This document shows, one piece after another, positions 1 through 12,058 of a stretch of 64,000 nucleotides of DNA. Below the pieces are notes generated by a model. That model searched no databases, was not told the origin of the DNA, and saw only the letters and a list, made by a program, of their open reading frames with translations. Position 1 is the stretch's first letter; every line of letters starts with the position of its first letter. The DNA comes from Azolla caroliniana (taxonomy: Eukaryota > Plantae > Polypodiophyta): the NCBI GenBank assembly GCA_043228905.1, contig JBHGNT010000021.1, forward strand, positions 5,084,001 through 5,148,000, given 5' to 3'. A program made the position numbers and the translations under genes.

Positions 1-149
1 CTTGATCGGACACTTCAATCACAAAGCTTCTTTTCTTGCGTTGATGGCAGCCATGTGCTGTACTTCAGTATTAGAGAGAGAGAGAGACTATATATTATAG
101 GATATACTCTCACAAAATCAATCCTCCAGTGAACTTGAAAGCTTAGCTG

Positions 150-1280
150 GTCATGGAATTTCTATCATCCAGATCTACCACATAATCTCGCTACATTGCT
201 CAAAGCTGAATATTGGTTTCATCAATTCTGCTAGCAAAATATCTGAATATCCACTTCACTGCATTCAAATGCTCCTTTCTTGGATTCTCCATGTGTATGC
301 TTATAACACTGACAACATGTAAAATCTCTGGTATTTACACAATTGCATACATCAGGCATCCTATTGCATTTGACACTTGAGCCATATACCTCACCTCATT
401 TTCTGTTGTTGGGAAAAATCGGCTGCTAATATAGTCTTTACAGGTTTAGCATAGAGCATACTAAACCTTTTCAGAAATTACTTCGTACAGCTTCTTTGAG
501 TAGGCCACAAATTGCCATCTGTCTTATCCTTGTAAATATTCATAACAAGGATTTTCTTAACAGCTCCTAGGCTCTTCATTTCAAATTCACACCTCAACAT
601 GTTCTTGAGATTAGAGGTGTGAGATAGATTCTAAGTAGCAATGTTTCATTGAAATGAAGAGTTGGGCTATGTGGTTTTTTCTCTCTTTAGAAGGGCTGTT
701 GTCACCATCCACTGTTAGAGTTTGTTTCCCGACAAGTAATGGAGCTGGGAAATGAAATTTCAGCAATGCTACAATGATAATCTGGTATTTGATACCAATG
801 TGAGATTAATGGCTGAAGGAAAGTAGTACAACTCCTAGAGATGGGGAAAGAGATTGAATCCAAATTATTGGCGTATTGAGTGAGAGATTAATGTCCAAAA
901 GTCACTATGGCCTAGAATATAGTTAAAGATTATAGTTGCTAATGTTATATTGTCAAAGTGGGAAACAAAGAGAGACATGAGATCATGTGCTAAAGAACAA
1001 TGTGAGGCATTGCCTTCATATATGTGATGTTCCAAGTATTCGTTTATAGGTTTATGAGGTTATATTAGCCAGATCGGAAGGTAAACATAATGTTGTTTAC
1101 AAATTTGAGCTCTGCAACATTAAGTTCGTTCTGCTGAAGTGGCATAAACTGAGTTGTTACTTTTACTCCAGTCCTGTTGAAGTCTTGAGAAAATATTGTA
1201 TTAGTTATAAATCTCTTTGTAGTTCTAGTTTGAGATCATGCACAATTGTATCTAATAGAGAGATGGGAACTATTTAACCA
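150..1280 (-). mobile_element. Degenerate Ty1/copia remnant (RT fragment, Met PBS, probable 5' LTR) inside an intron of the TRM7-like gene
   Basis: Minus strand around 500-600 reads FEMKSLGAVKKIL, like the copia RT motif MKDLGxAKKILG. Plus-strand TGATACCA at 790-797 is the reverse of the tRNA-iMet PBS, followed by TG at 799. Outer limits are uncertain. Confidence 0.55.
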
Positions 1281-1289
1281 ATATTGCAG

Positions 1290-3598
1290 GTGTTAAGCAT
1301 GTAGTAGACTTATGTGCAGCGCCTGGTAGTTGGAGTCAGGTATTGATTTTTCTTAGTGTGTAGAATTCATTCTTAGTCTGGTTATTGAACCTCACAAAAA
1401 CAAAGAACATTCTATAGAGGATATTGACATGTTGCAATATATTCTGAATGTAATATATGCTTTAATAAAATCCATGTTTGAAGGTTTTGAGCAGAAAACT
1501 ATATGTTCCAGCAAAGCTTGCTCAGGATACCAGGTAAAACTTTAGGCGCGTCTCAATTTTACTTTTTGTTGCATCTCAATTGATAGGCAAATGCCATCTT
1601 GGTTAGCAAAATCAAGCTGTCTTAGCGCAATTTTCTATCAAAATTTTATCATTTGAAAAACTGTAAAAGTTAGTCCCCCCCCATTCAATGGGGACCCTGG
1701 GATGCAGTTAAACTCATGGCCTATTTATTTGTCATCACATTTGCAGGGAATGCAAGGAGTCTCTCCCACTTATTGTTTCCATTGATTTGCAACCGATGAC
1801 TCCAATTGATGGGGTGATTCAAGTTCAAGGTGACATCACAAGTGCACGCACTGCAGAGCTGGTAACAAAATTCAAATGGGTGTAAAAAATATATTCGAAA
1901 AGTGTGGTGAAATTGTGCAGTATTTTAGACAAGTAATTCATTTAAATATATGTCAGGTTATCAAGCATTTTGATGGATGCAAAGCAGACTTAGTTGTTTG
2001 TGATGGGGCTCCTGATGGTATCCTTCAGCATTTTACTTGAAAAACTAATAAGTATGCATGCGAATGAGTGGTTTCTATGTATGCCTCTGCGAAATCATCT
2101 TGCAACACAAAACATGGATAAACTAGTTTTGGCACATTTTATGTTAATATACAGTGACAGGACTTCATGACATGGATGAATTTGTTCAATCACAGCTCAT
2201 TTTGGCTGTGAGTGTTTTACTTTGATTATCGTCATATCCATGCATAACATTCAGATTCAATTTTAACTCGGAATTTTATCTTTTTGTCGAGTTTTATAGG
2301 CTTTGACAATTGTGACACATGTATTGAAGCCTGGTGGGAAGTTTATTGCCAAAATTTTTCGAGGCAAAGATACAAGCCTTCTTTATTGTCAGGTATTCCC
2401 CTCTCTCCCCCTCCCCCCCCAGTTGTAATAGTTGATCAGTTAGGTTGTTAATTAACCATGTTGCAGAAGGTGATGCACAACATGTCTAATCATTGACACA
2501 TGATCGGATCGGTCTTGTATTGATCGGATCATGGGATATTCTAGAGGTGAATTTGTATTATGTGGTGCCATAAAACCAAGAAATTTGTGTAAACCCACAA
2601 CATAAAAAACATCAAGTCTAAAATATTACAACAATCGAAATTCTTATACGTGGCATATGGTAGTTGGGTTGGAGACGGCATGGATAGAGAGGAAAATGAA
2701 ACTCCCCCGTAAAAGGGGAAATGGACAAACATGGGTTCAACAAATCTGGATTGCAAAACTTTGAAGTAATATGTTTATTTCAATCTCACACCACTACATT
2801 ATTATTGAAATATGTTATTTCAACATAGATAGAGTTAAAAATGTGTTGTTTGTGGACTTTTTTAATGTACATCTTTAGGCATGGAAGGAAAGAAAATTTC
2901 GAGTAAATCATTTTCTATTCTTAATAATAAAATAAAAATACAGCTCAATTCATGTTTTTTTTTGCTTATGTGATATTGTGAATGTAACATTGACAATTAT
3001 TATTAGTGTTATTGAATTTATTGCAGCTTAAGTTATTTTTTCCGACTGTTACATTTGCCAAGCCAAAGAGCAGTCGGAACTCAAGCATAGGTGAGTTCTT
3101 TTTCCTGAAACATCTGAATGTCTAATCAGATACCTTAGTTAATAAAAATTCTAATGGAAGTTTATGTTCTCGTTGTAAACAGAGGCATTTGCGGTGTGCG
3201 AAAACTACACTCCCCCTGAAGGTTTTGACCCAAAGGACTTGTATAAGTTACTAGAGAAAGCAAGTGACCCTAACGATGATCTCGGTAATGTGTATTCTTC
3301 TTTGTTGAGTTTGTCTTAAGATCAACATATTTATCTCTTATTATTATATGTCTTGACCCTTTGATTATGTGTCATAGATTGCTGCAGTGCATGGTTTGAA
3401 GGCGTAAACAAACTATATATTCCGTTTCTCGCTTGCGGTGATCTTAGTGGCTATGATGCTGACCAATCTTATCCATTACCAAAAGTGGGCAATGGGAGCT
3501 CTTCGTATGAATCGCTAAAACCGATACAACCACCTATTGCGCCCCCTTATAAGACTGCCATTGAACTAGAAAAAAAGATCCAATCTAAAAAAGGATGA
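1290..3598 (+). CDS. TRM7: tRNA (cytidine32/guanosine34-2'-O)-methyltransferase, FtsJ/TRM7 family; 5' exon(s) lie upstream of the window
   Basis: GT-AG exons 1290-1339, 1484-1533, 1747-1861, 1957-2017, 2155-2207, 2300-2392, 3027-3090, 3183-3284 and 3378-3598 join in frame. Motifs: [101 protein letters not shown] ends at 3598. Confidence 0.93.
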
Positions 3599-6304
3599 TC
3601 TCAATATAGGAAAGAAGAGACACACACCCTTATAGCACTTGATCTCAAATGATTCTAAAAGGTTATCCATGTTTGTATATGAATGATTGTAAGAATGTCC
3701 TAACTTTGTTCTATACTGAGAAATTTTTGCCATTTGCTATTTGTGAAACGATATGTACCTACTTTTCTTGTCAAGGGCTTGAGTTTTTACCATAAAAGAA
3801 ACGTTCATTCTATTTTCTATCTTCCTAGTCTTATATATCATTAGGTAGCGTTATTGCAAATGTAAAACAATTAACCGATTAGTCATGTTTTGAAAATGTG
3901 CAGTTAATTACATATTGCATTGAAATTGACATACATGTATAGGCATCATTGTGTAAACCTTTAGCGGCCATCAATGCATTATGTTAGGCTGTGTGACATG
4001 CTATGCTTCCTATTGTAATGTGCTCGAGTGGAACGTGTGATTCCTTGTTCACATGTTTGATTTGAAAAGGAGTTGACTTTTGGTTGTTAACATGCCCACA
4101 TTGGTGTTGACATGCCCTCATCTTGGAAAAATAGTTGGCTTAGTCTCTTTGCTACCACACATTCACGTTCACATTTGCATGCACATGCATAACCTACCCA
4201 AGTCTGTGCCAAGTACACTTGCAATTGCACTCTTGCCCCACATGCCCCCACACTTGCAATTGTGTCTTGGTTAGATTGTAGAGACAGGAAATCATGGAAA
4301 TGTGAAGCAATAATGTGTAGAAGAATAATGTTATGGAAAATTTCATCAAAATTGGAATAAGAGAAATATGTAAAATATAGATTTAGAAGGGAAACCGAAG
4401 CAGAATAGAACAATAGATGTTTTATCGTCCATGTGGAAGTTTGGAAGAAAACAAGACAGAGGATAGAGATCCTTTTTTCCCCCAAAATTTATCAGTCATT
4501 AATATTAAGAAAAACGTCGGAAGGCTACAAAATGTACAATCAGAGAGTGTTATATACAAAAGAGATGGTTAGGGCAAGGACTAGGGGTGATGATATTTTC
4601 AGATAGGTCCTTGAGAGGAGACCGTGAACAGAGCTAACTTCCTCCATAACTGTAGTAATTTTCTCCTTTTCGTAAGAACAACATCCAAAGAGCCCAACAT
4701 TTTATAGTAATAGATAATGATCAATAAATTAAATCCATTTGAGTATTAAGCTTGCATGATGAAGACTAGGTCATATCCCCTGTCACCCTCCAACCCATCG
4801 CTGCTTAGCCTTCTATTTCTCAGCCTTCCGCTACTCAGCTTGCCGCCACCAACTTGTTTCCGCTGCCCAACCTACTATAGCCGATGGTTGTTCAAATCAT
4901 CTAGAGGGTTGTGTAGGGGTTTCTGTTTCTCCCACAACAGATGTGGAAAAGCCGTTTGTTCCCTTTAGCTTACCTGCTACAACCAATCCAGTTCCCGTGA
5001 TTAGCCTTTGAACCTCCTCCATAACCCCGATCTTCCTCAATGCAACGACGAACCAGGATCAATTGTTGTGCCGTTGTGAATAGTCTAATTAGGGCTCTCG
5101 TGTAGTTAACCCATATATCACACCTATTTCAGACAACGTAGTAGAGCTTTTGTTGTTAGAACAAGATCGCGCATAGATCGTAAGAGAGATTCAACGTCTA
5201 GAGAAGAGGACTACCATTGTGCAGGTTTTGGGCATTTGTACTCGGCGTGCTAATCTTCGTTTACTATTGGAAGCCGCTTTGAAACAAGATGTTGACAACA
5301 TCACGGATGTCCGAATGCTTGGTCGGAACTATTATCAAGTGGAGTTCGAGCTCGAAAGAATGGTACCGATCTTGCTAGAGAAGAAAACAGTGGTAGTCAA
5401 GGGAGGATGGTTTTCTTCCACAAGTGGATTCACAACGTCTCCGCAAATAAGGTACTTCATTATTTAGATTCATATCATACATGTGTGGTGGTGTTTCCCA
5501 ATTTACGTAAAGAATGGGTGCCCTTTGTGCATCTAATTGCCAACACTATTGGTATAGTCTTGGAGACTTATGATAAGCCTTGTCAGATCGAGGATAGGTA
5601 CATGGGAGCTATATCAACAAAACTTTTGATTTCTAAGTCTACAGTTTTGCCTTTAAATATCTTGTTGCCCAATTTACTTGACTCAAGACAAGAATCTTAT
5701 TCTCAAAAAATCTTGTATAGGGGTTTGCCAAATCAATGTTTTTGTTGTTTTGGATTTGGTCATTCGGCAAAAAATTGCCCTAAATTTAATAAAGACACAT
5801 ACAAGCATGTACCCAATACAACTATAGTTCCGTATCAGGTTAAATCTGATGGTTGGACTGAGGTAGGGCATAGGAAAACATCTTCACAAGTATCTTAGGA
5901 CAAGTCTCATCATGTGTCAATTAATAATTTAAAGGAATTCCCCCTGCTTACAAAATAGGTATTCTACTCTCCATGTAGAAGAGGATCGATCACATGAAAT
6001 GAATACTTTGGATCAACCATCACCCCATCTTTCCCAATAGAGATTTAATTCGAGTTTTCCTCACAAAAGACATACTTACTTTCCACTCAGTTGCCTAAGT
6101 CTTTCCCAATATTAGTAGTAGGCCAACTACCCTTGAAAATTATTGAGAATCAGCAGTTGATACCATTTGTTAATTTGGCTTCTTCTGAAAAATTAAAAGG
6201 AAAAGTTGTTTCTGCTCAAGATACTACAAATGTGGAAATGCCTCCAAGTGTTATGGGAATTGAAGCAAACCAACAAATCAATGTCTCAGTTAATTCGGTT
6301 CACT

Positions 6305-6409
6305 TTGATAAGCTCGTAGGAAAACCTACTTCTAGTCAATCAAATATTATGGGTGTTGATAAGCTCGTAGGAAAACCTACTTCTAGTCAATCAAATATTA
6401 TGGGTGTTG
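6305..6409 (+). repeat. In-frame 51-bp tandem duplication in LINE ORF1
   Basis: DKLVGKPTSSQSNIMGV is encoded twice by identical DNA. Confidence 0.9.
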
Positions 6410-7228
6410 AAATGACTCAAGGAGTAGATAAACTCCCTTGTGCTGTATTTCAATTCACAGTTTTACAGGATACCCTGACACTTCAAACCCCTCAAAAGCA
6501 AGTTAAGGATCATAGGGTGCATAAGTATGCAAGGAACTATTTGCTTTTAAAAAGACATGCAAGAGTTCAGGAGGGTGCCTAGAAAGGCCGCTAGGATGCA
6601 CTCCTTGAGAAAAGGACACCAATAAAATATATGTAAGATGGACACCTTACATCTTCTTTCCTGGAATGTGCAAGGCTAGGGTGGTCAGGCTTTTCGTAGA
6701 TTTAAAGGACTCTTACGCGCGTATTTAGGTACTCCTAATGTAGGTACTATTGATATTCTTTTTTTACAAGAGCATCACTTATGCATGGATAGGATTCAGA
6801 AGTATGGATCTATTTTACCAGGACGGTGGACTCATTTCTGGATTCCTGCCTTTGGCCCCATTGGCCGCCAAGCTGGATTATGCATTGCTATTAAACAACA
6901 TTTGTGGTCTATCATTGTGTCAGCTACTACTATTATGAATAAACGTGCACAATTCCTTATTGTAAAAATAAGATACCAAAAGGTTGGCCTGATGAATCTC
7001 TATGCCCCTAATTCTGCGGTAGAAAGGGCAAAGTTATGGCTATCTCTTTTTGATTATGTGAGTTTAGCGGATTGTTGGTTGGTGGGAGGCGACTTTAATA
7101 TGATCGAGGATGTTGCTGACAGAATGGGAGGTATAACTACTGCAACTTTAGGATGGGAAGCTAAGTGTTGGGACTATTGTTTTGCCTATGGTTTGCTTGA
7201 TTTATGGAAGGTGCATTCATTTTCACGT

Positions 7229-7973
7229 TATCGTGGCTTTCGGCTCCAGATCATTGCGTGAGTTGGGTGGGAACCGCCGAGGTTTTGGACTAGGAGGAGG
7301 AGAAGTTTAAGACTAATAAGAATATGAAAGAGGAAGGAAGGAATTTTGTGAATTTTCACGAGTATAGTGAATTAGAATAATTATTATTAAGAATCCAAGA
7401 ATCAATCCAAATCTTTCAATAGATGGGAAGAGAGTTAGAAGAAAATCGTGAAACACACGTATATAATGTATTCAATCAATATTTTGAAAACCCAAAAATT
7501 GACAACAACTTTACAATTTGCTCCCCCATCCTTATATAGTGATGGTAGAATCTAAGTTTACCACATGCAAGCATCATGCCTTTTTTAAACTCTAGTGTAC
7601 ATGCACACTACATGTCCATGATTAACTTTTCCCATCATGCTTTTCCTTTAAGTCAAGTGTTCATGCACACTACATGTGCATGATTAGCTTTTCTATCATA
7701 CTTTTTCATTTACCTCAAGTGTATATGTATGAATAACTTTTTCTATCATGCTTATCTAGAATATTTACATGGGATAAAGTTTAGTATAACTTTAATACTC
7801 ATAATGTACTAGTACATTGGTAAGGTTTAAAATCATTACCATGGAGGTACAAGATTCAAATCCTGCCCTATGCATGTAACATAATTATTCTAGTATTTTC
7901 TCCTATTTATTTATACTTAGTCAATCGGGTACTCCACACATATTTTACATAGTGTACAAAGTACACTACGACA
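7229..7973 (-). mobile_element. Solo LTR (about 745 bp) related to the LTRs at 20829 and 23617
   Basis: Its termini are the reverse complement of TGTCGTAGTGTA...GGAGCCGAAAGGCACGACA. Flanks are ACGT and ATGT, and LINE ORF2 resumes after it. Confidence 0.88.
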
Positions 7974-10900
7974 ATGTATACAAGGATCCCTTCAGTTTTC
8001 TAGATTAAATGGGAGTTCGGTTGCTACAAATTTGTCTCGACTAGATAGATTTTATGCTAGTAGTGTTTTTTGGGAAGTAGGTGGATTCATAGGAATTATT
8101 CCGGGATTAGCTATCTCTAACCATGACCCTCTGAAGTTACATGTTACATTTACTAAGAGGCGATACTCTAGGTAATTGCGTATCCCTCCTGCATTGTTAT
8201 CTGATGATAATCATCAGATGTCAATCACTCAGATATGGTCAAATTACAATGTCTCGAATAACTGTTTACTTAGCAATATGGCTCATGCCATACTCGATAC
8301 AAAGATTCTATTCACAGAAATAGTTTCAATGTTTGTTCATCACTGCAATTCAGAAATTGCCAACCTACGTCGTGCTCTTGCAGCATTACAATAATTGTTG
8401 GAAAGGTATCCAACTTCATCTTTGTTATGTTGTGATTTGCAGCAAGTAAAAAGCAGTTTAAGGGAAAAACAGGTAGCACGCTCGATGTTCTTTTACTATT
8501 GTAATGTTGCTCGCTGGTCACAAAGGCAAGATCGGGTCAATAAGGAATTCTTCCATCAGTTTAAACGGAAAACTAGACCTCTTTCTATTACTTCTTTGAA
8601 ACAACTTGATGAATCCTATACGTCAGATGTCTTTGAGATGCAAAGTATAGTCTCAAATTATTATCATAAGTTACTGACTGCTGAATATTTTACGATAGAC
8701 AGTTTTTACAAGAAACAAGTTGTGCTTGCAACTATTCAATAGAAGGTTACAGATGTAATGGTCTCTCAGTAATTACAACCATTTACATCTTAGGAGTTTT
8801 TTGATGCGGCTAAATCCTTAGGTAAAGATGTTTGTATGGGATAAGATGGGATAGGAATTGGCTTCTATTTGCATTATTGGGATTTTCTTAGTCCTCTATT
8901 TACTAGAGTAGTTAATTTAATATTCTCAACGGGTAATATACCTGTGGAATGGACAGAAGGAATCATATATATGATTCCTAAGTCGGATGCTCAATGTGAT
9001 GAAGTCTCCAAGTGGCGGCCAATAACATTGCTTAATGTTGTGTATAAGATTGTGGCAAAAACTATTGTTGTTAGACAATGAGTTGTACTGTCGTCTATTA
9101 TTCATGACACACAATTTGGCTTTCTGCAAGATAAAAGTATTTTTGATAATATCTTTTTGTCCTAGGAAATGGTTGCATTAGCTCAACAACATAAACAACA
9201 ACTTGTAGTATCATTGCTTGACTTTGAAAAGGCCTATGATAATGTGGATTGGGACTTTCTTGAGGTAGTGCTGTCAAGATTAGGTTTTCTGGCCGCATGG
9301 ATAAAAGATGTTTCAGCCCTTTACAGGCCTGCTTCTAGTTCAGTTTTGTTTGCCAGAGAATACGGGACATAGTAAATGACCTATTACACAGTCCAATGTA
9401 GTGGATGTTGAGTTTGCAGATGATACAACCCTTTATGTTGACGGGGAGATTGGCAATCTCGACCAAGTACAAAATGCTTTGCAGGTTTTCTCAGATGCTA
9501 CAGGTGCATCGCTTAACTGGAATAAGTCAGTTGGCCTTTGGGTGGGTGCAAAAACTCATCTTGAGTGGTATCCAGGTCCTACTTTCCGATAGCTTCATCA
9601 TGGTGAGCTAGTTCGATATTTGGGATGTATGATTGGAATAGATTTAAGGCTAGAAGCAATGTTATCTCTGTTACTATTTTCAATAAAACATAAATTAGTG
9701 TATTGGGATGTTCAACAATTGTCTTTTGCGGGTCGGGTTGTAGTAGCAAACATAATACTATTGGCATCAATATGGTTTATAGCATTTGTGTGGCTATTTT
9801 CTAGATCAGCAATAACAAACGTGCAAAGCTTGATCCATAATTTCCTTTGGGGGGGGGGGGGGGGGACATGGCTCTCATACAGTAGCCAAAGTTGCTTGGA
9901 ATGTGTAGATTCAACCTAAAATCAATGGAGGGTTGGGTTTGATAGATCCTTTGATGCAGTCAAGCACTCTCTTGACTAAGTTTATTATCAGAGGATTGTT
10001 GCCAAGATCAGAAGCTTGGAAAGGAATGTTTTTAAATAAGTTAATGCATTTAACTCCTAAGACATGAGGAGCATGGTCACCCTCTCTAAAGTGGTTGTTC
10101 TTGAATGACATGAAAACATCAAGGCGAAATCTTGCATCCAATAGATTTTTGCTAGGAATTATAAGAGCGTGGGATGCGATTAGATCATTTTTGCTTAAGG
10201 ACAAACCTTCTACCGGGGATGCATTACTTAATCAGCCTATGCTTGCCAATTCTCTACTTCGGGATAATGCAGGAAAAGTATTGGGCTTGTGAACTCACCT
10301 TGCTTGGTGTAAATTGGATAATGGGCTAGCTCCATCTGTAAGAACCTGGACTCAATTTCAACAAATGTCACAAGAAGATCAACTTGCACATCTACAATCA
10401 GTTCATGGTGCCACGATAATGATGACTACCTTATCGACAACATATTCTTTGTTTTTTATAACCTTCCAACCTAGGCAGGAACATCTATGGTTGGATTCTT
10501 CACAAATGATACATTGATGGCTATTAAAGGCATTTCACCTAATGGTTGCGTTTCTTATTTTGAGGTCCTAGAGAACAATAGATTGCAATCTTATACCTTT
10601 GATTGCAGTTATCTACAGGACTTGCGAAGTGCACCAGTCAGAGTGGTCGCCAAAACTGGAAAGAAATGGATCCTTGATCCTTATCCGTCAATTGCTCATA
10701 TGTGTGATATCCTGTGGTTATACGCAAAAGATCTTGGTGTAAGATTAACATGGGATCCGGGGGGTTGGCTTTGGTCACACTCCTTGGGGGAAAAGATCGT
10801 AAAGGTCCCCTTCTTTCAATACTCAGTAAAACTTGGAAGATCATTACCGCTCTCTCGGAATGTAACGATACCAACAGTTCAGAAACATTGGACCAATTAG

Positions 10901-11679
10901 GGTGTCTCAACCAGTTGGTCATTCATTGAAAGGGAATGTAGCACCCAATTTGCGACAATGTGGCTTTTGCCATGAACCTCAGGAGACTACCGAGCATGTC
11001 CTATGTCTTGTTCTTTTGCTCAACAAGTATGGAAGAAATTCATGTCTTTATTCCTAACAATCAATGTAGGTTACCTATTCTCATGGGGATTAGTGATATG
11101 GGGAGTATTACATTCTAGCTTGATGTTGTATGAGGCAAACAATATTCATGAGGCAATGACAATACATAATAGAAGATTGATATTAGTTAGTCCCTTCTAG
11201 CAACCTCGAAAGCAGGTGCGATTTGTCCAGATTTGGAAAACAATGACCACAATAGCATTATGGGCATTATGGAAATATTGATGTAACCGACTTTATGATG
11301 TGGTAGACATTCATATCTAAGATGTGTTGTTTGAGATATGGGAGAACTTGGTGGTAGTAGTCTGTGGCTAATATGATAATATGCAGGGTTCCCCAGATAC
11401 TATGAACAAGAAAAGGAAAAAGCTTCTTCACTTATGGAAAAAGGTGCCCATGTTTACAATGTCAACTCAATGGCAATATCGACTTCCATGGACTCTTCCT
11501 TGAATATCAACAAATGTAAACATCTTCAACAAAGTTCGATATTTGGTCCTAGGAGTATTTTACATCATTGTATAAGAAAAGTTGTAACCTCCTTGGTAGC
11601 TAGGTTCAAGTTGTAGCCTTCGGATGTTTTTTCTTAATACTATTGAAGAAAATCCTTTAAAAAAAGAAAAAAGAAAAGA

Positions 11680-11915
11680 GCCCATCATATTGTCATATTG
11701 CCCATGCACTACCACCAATAAGCTCTCCCATAATTCTGGCAATATATCTGAGAGAAGAGGAATTATGGAAAAATATTGTCTTTTACAAAGATTCTTCCAT
11801 AAGATCCATAATGTAACCGTAGATACTATTTTCCATACATGGGTTGCACACATTTGCTTGCAAGGTTGTTGAAAAAGGGAGACAGAAATTAGATGCATGT
11901 TGATGATAGTCATAG
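11680..11915 (-). mobile_element. Inverted fragment of a related LINE ORF2 C-terminus
   Basis: Minus-strand peptide ...VWKIVSTVTLWILWK...ELWESLLVVVHGQYDNMMGS resembles plus-strand 11150-11400 (IWKTMTTIALWALWK...EIWENLVVVVCG*YDNMQGS). Confidence 0.7.
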
Positions 11916-12058
11916 CTTATTAAGGAGTTAATAGGAATAAGTTAACTCTAGCCAATCCTTGTTTTTGTTGTTTTGGTGAGTCAGAGGATAGAGGTCTTAT
12001 TAAGGAGTTAATAGGAATAAGCTAACTCTAGCCAATCCTTGTTTTTGTTGTTTTGGTG
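11916..12058. repeat. Two direct copies of a ~63-bp unit
   Basis: cttattaaggagttaataggaataag(t/c)taactctagccaatccttgtttttgttgttttggtg at about 11916 and 11996. Confidence 0.85.

Larger units (their letters stand above)
4756..11678 (+). mobile_element. Decayed L1-clade LINE (ORF1 with zinc knuckle; ORF2 endonuclease-RT), interrupted by a solo LTR
   Basis: ORF1 fragments contain the knuckle CFCCFGFGHSAKNC. ORF2 starts near 6638 (LLSWNVQG), with NLYAPN and GGDFN (APE endonuclease), WRPITLLNVVYKIVAK, LLDFEKAYDNVDW, FADDT and GGLGL. A-rich tail at about 11659-11678. Many stops and frameshifts; 5' limit approximate. Confidence 0.88.
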
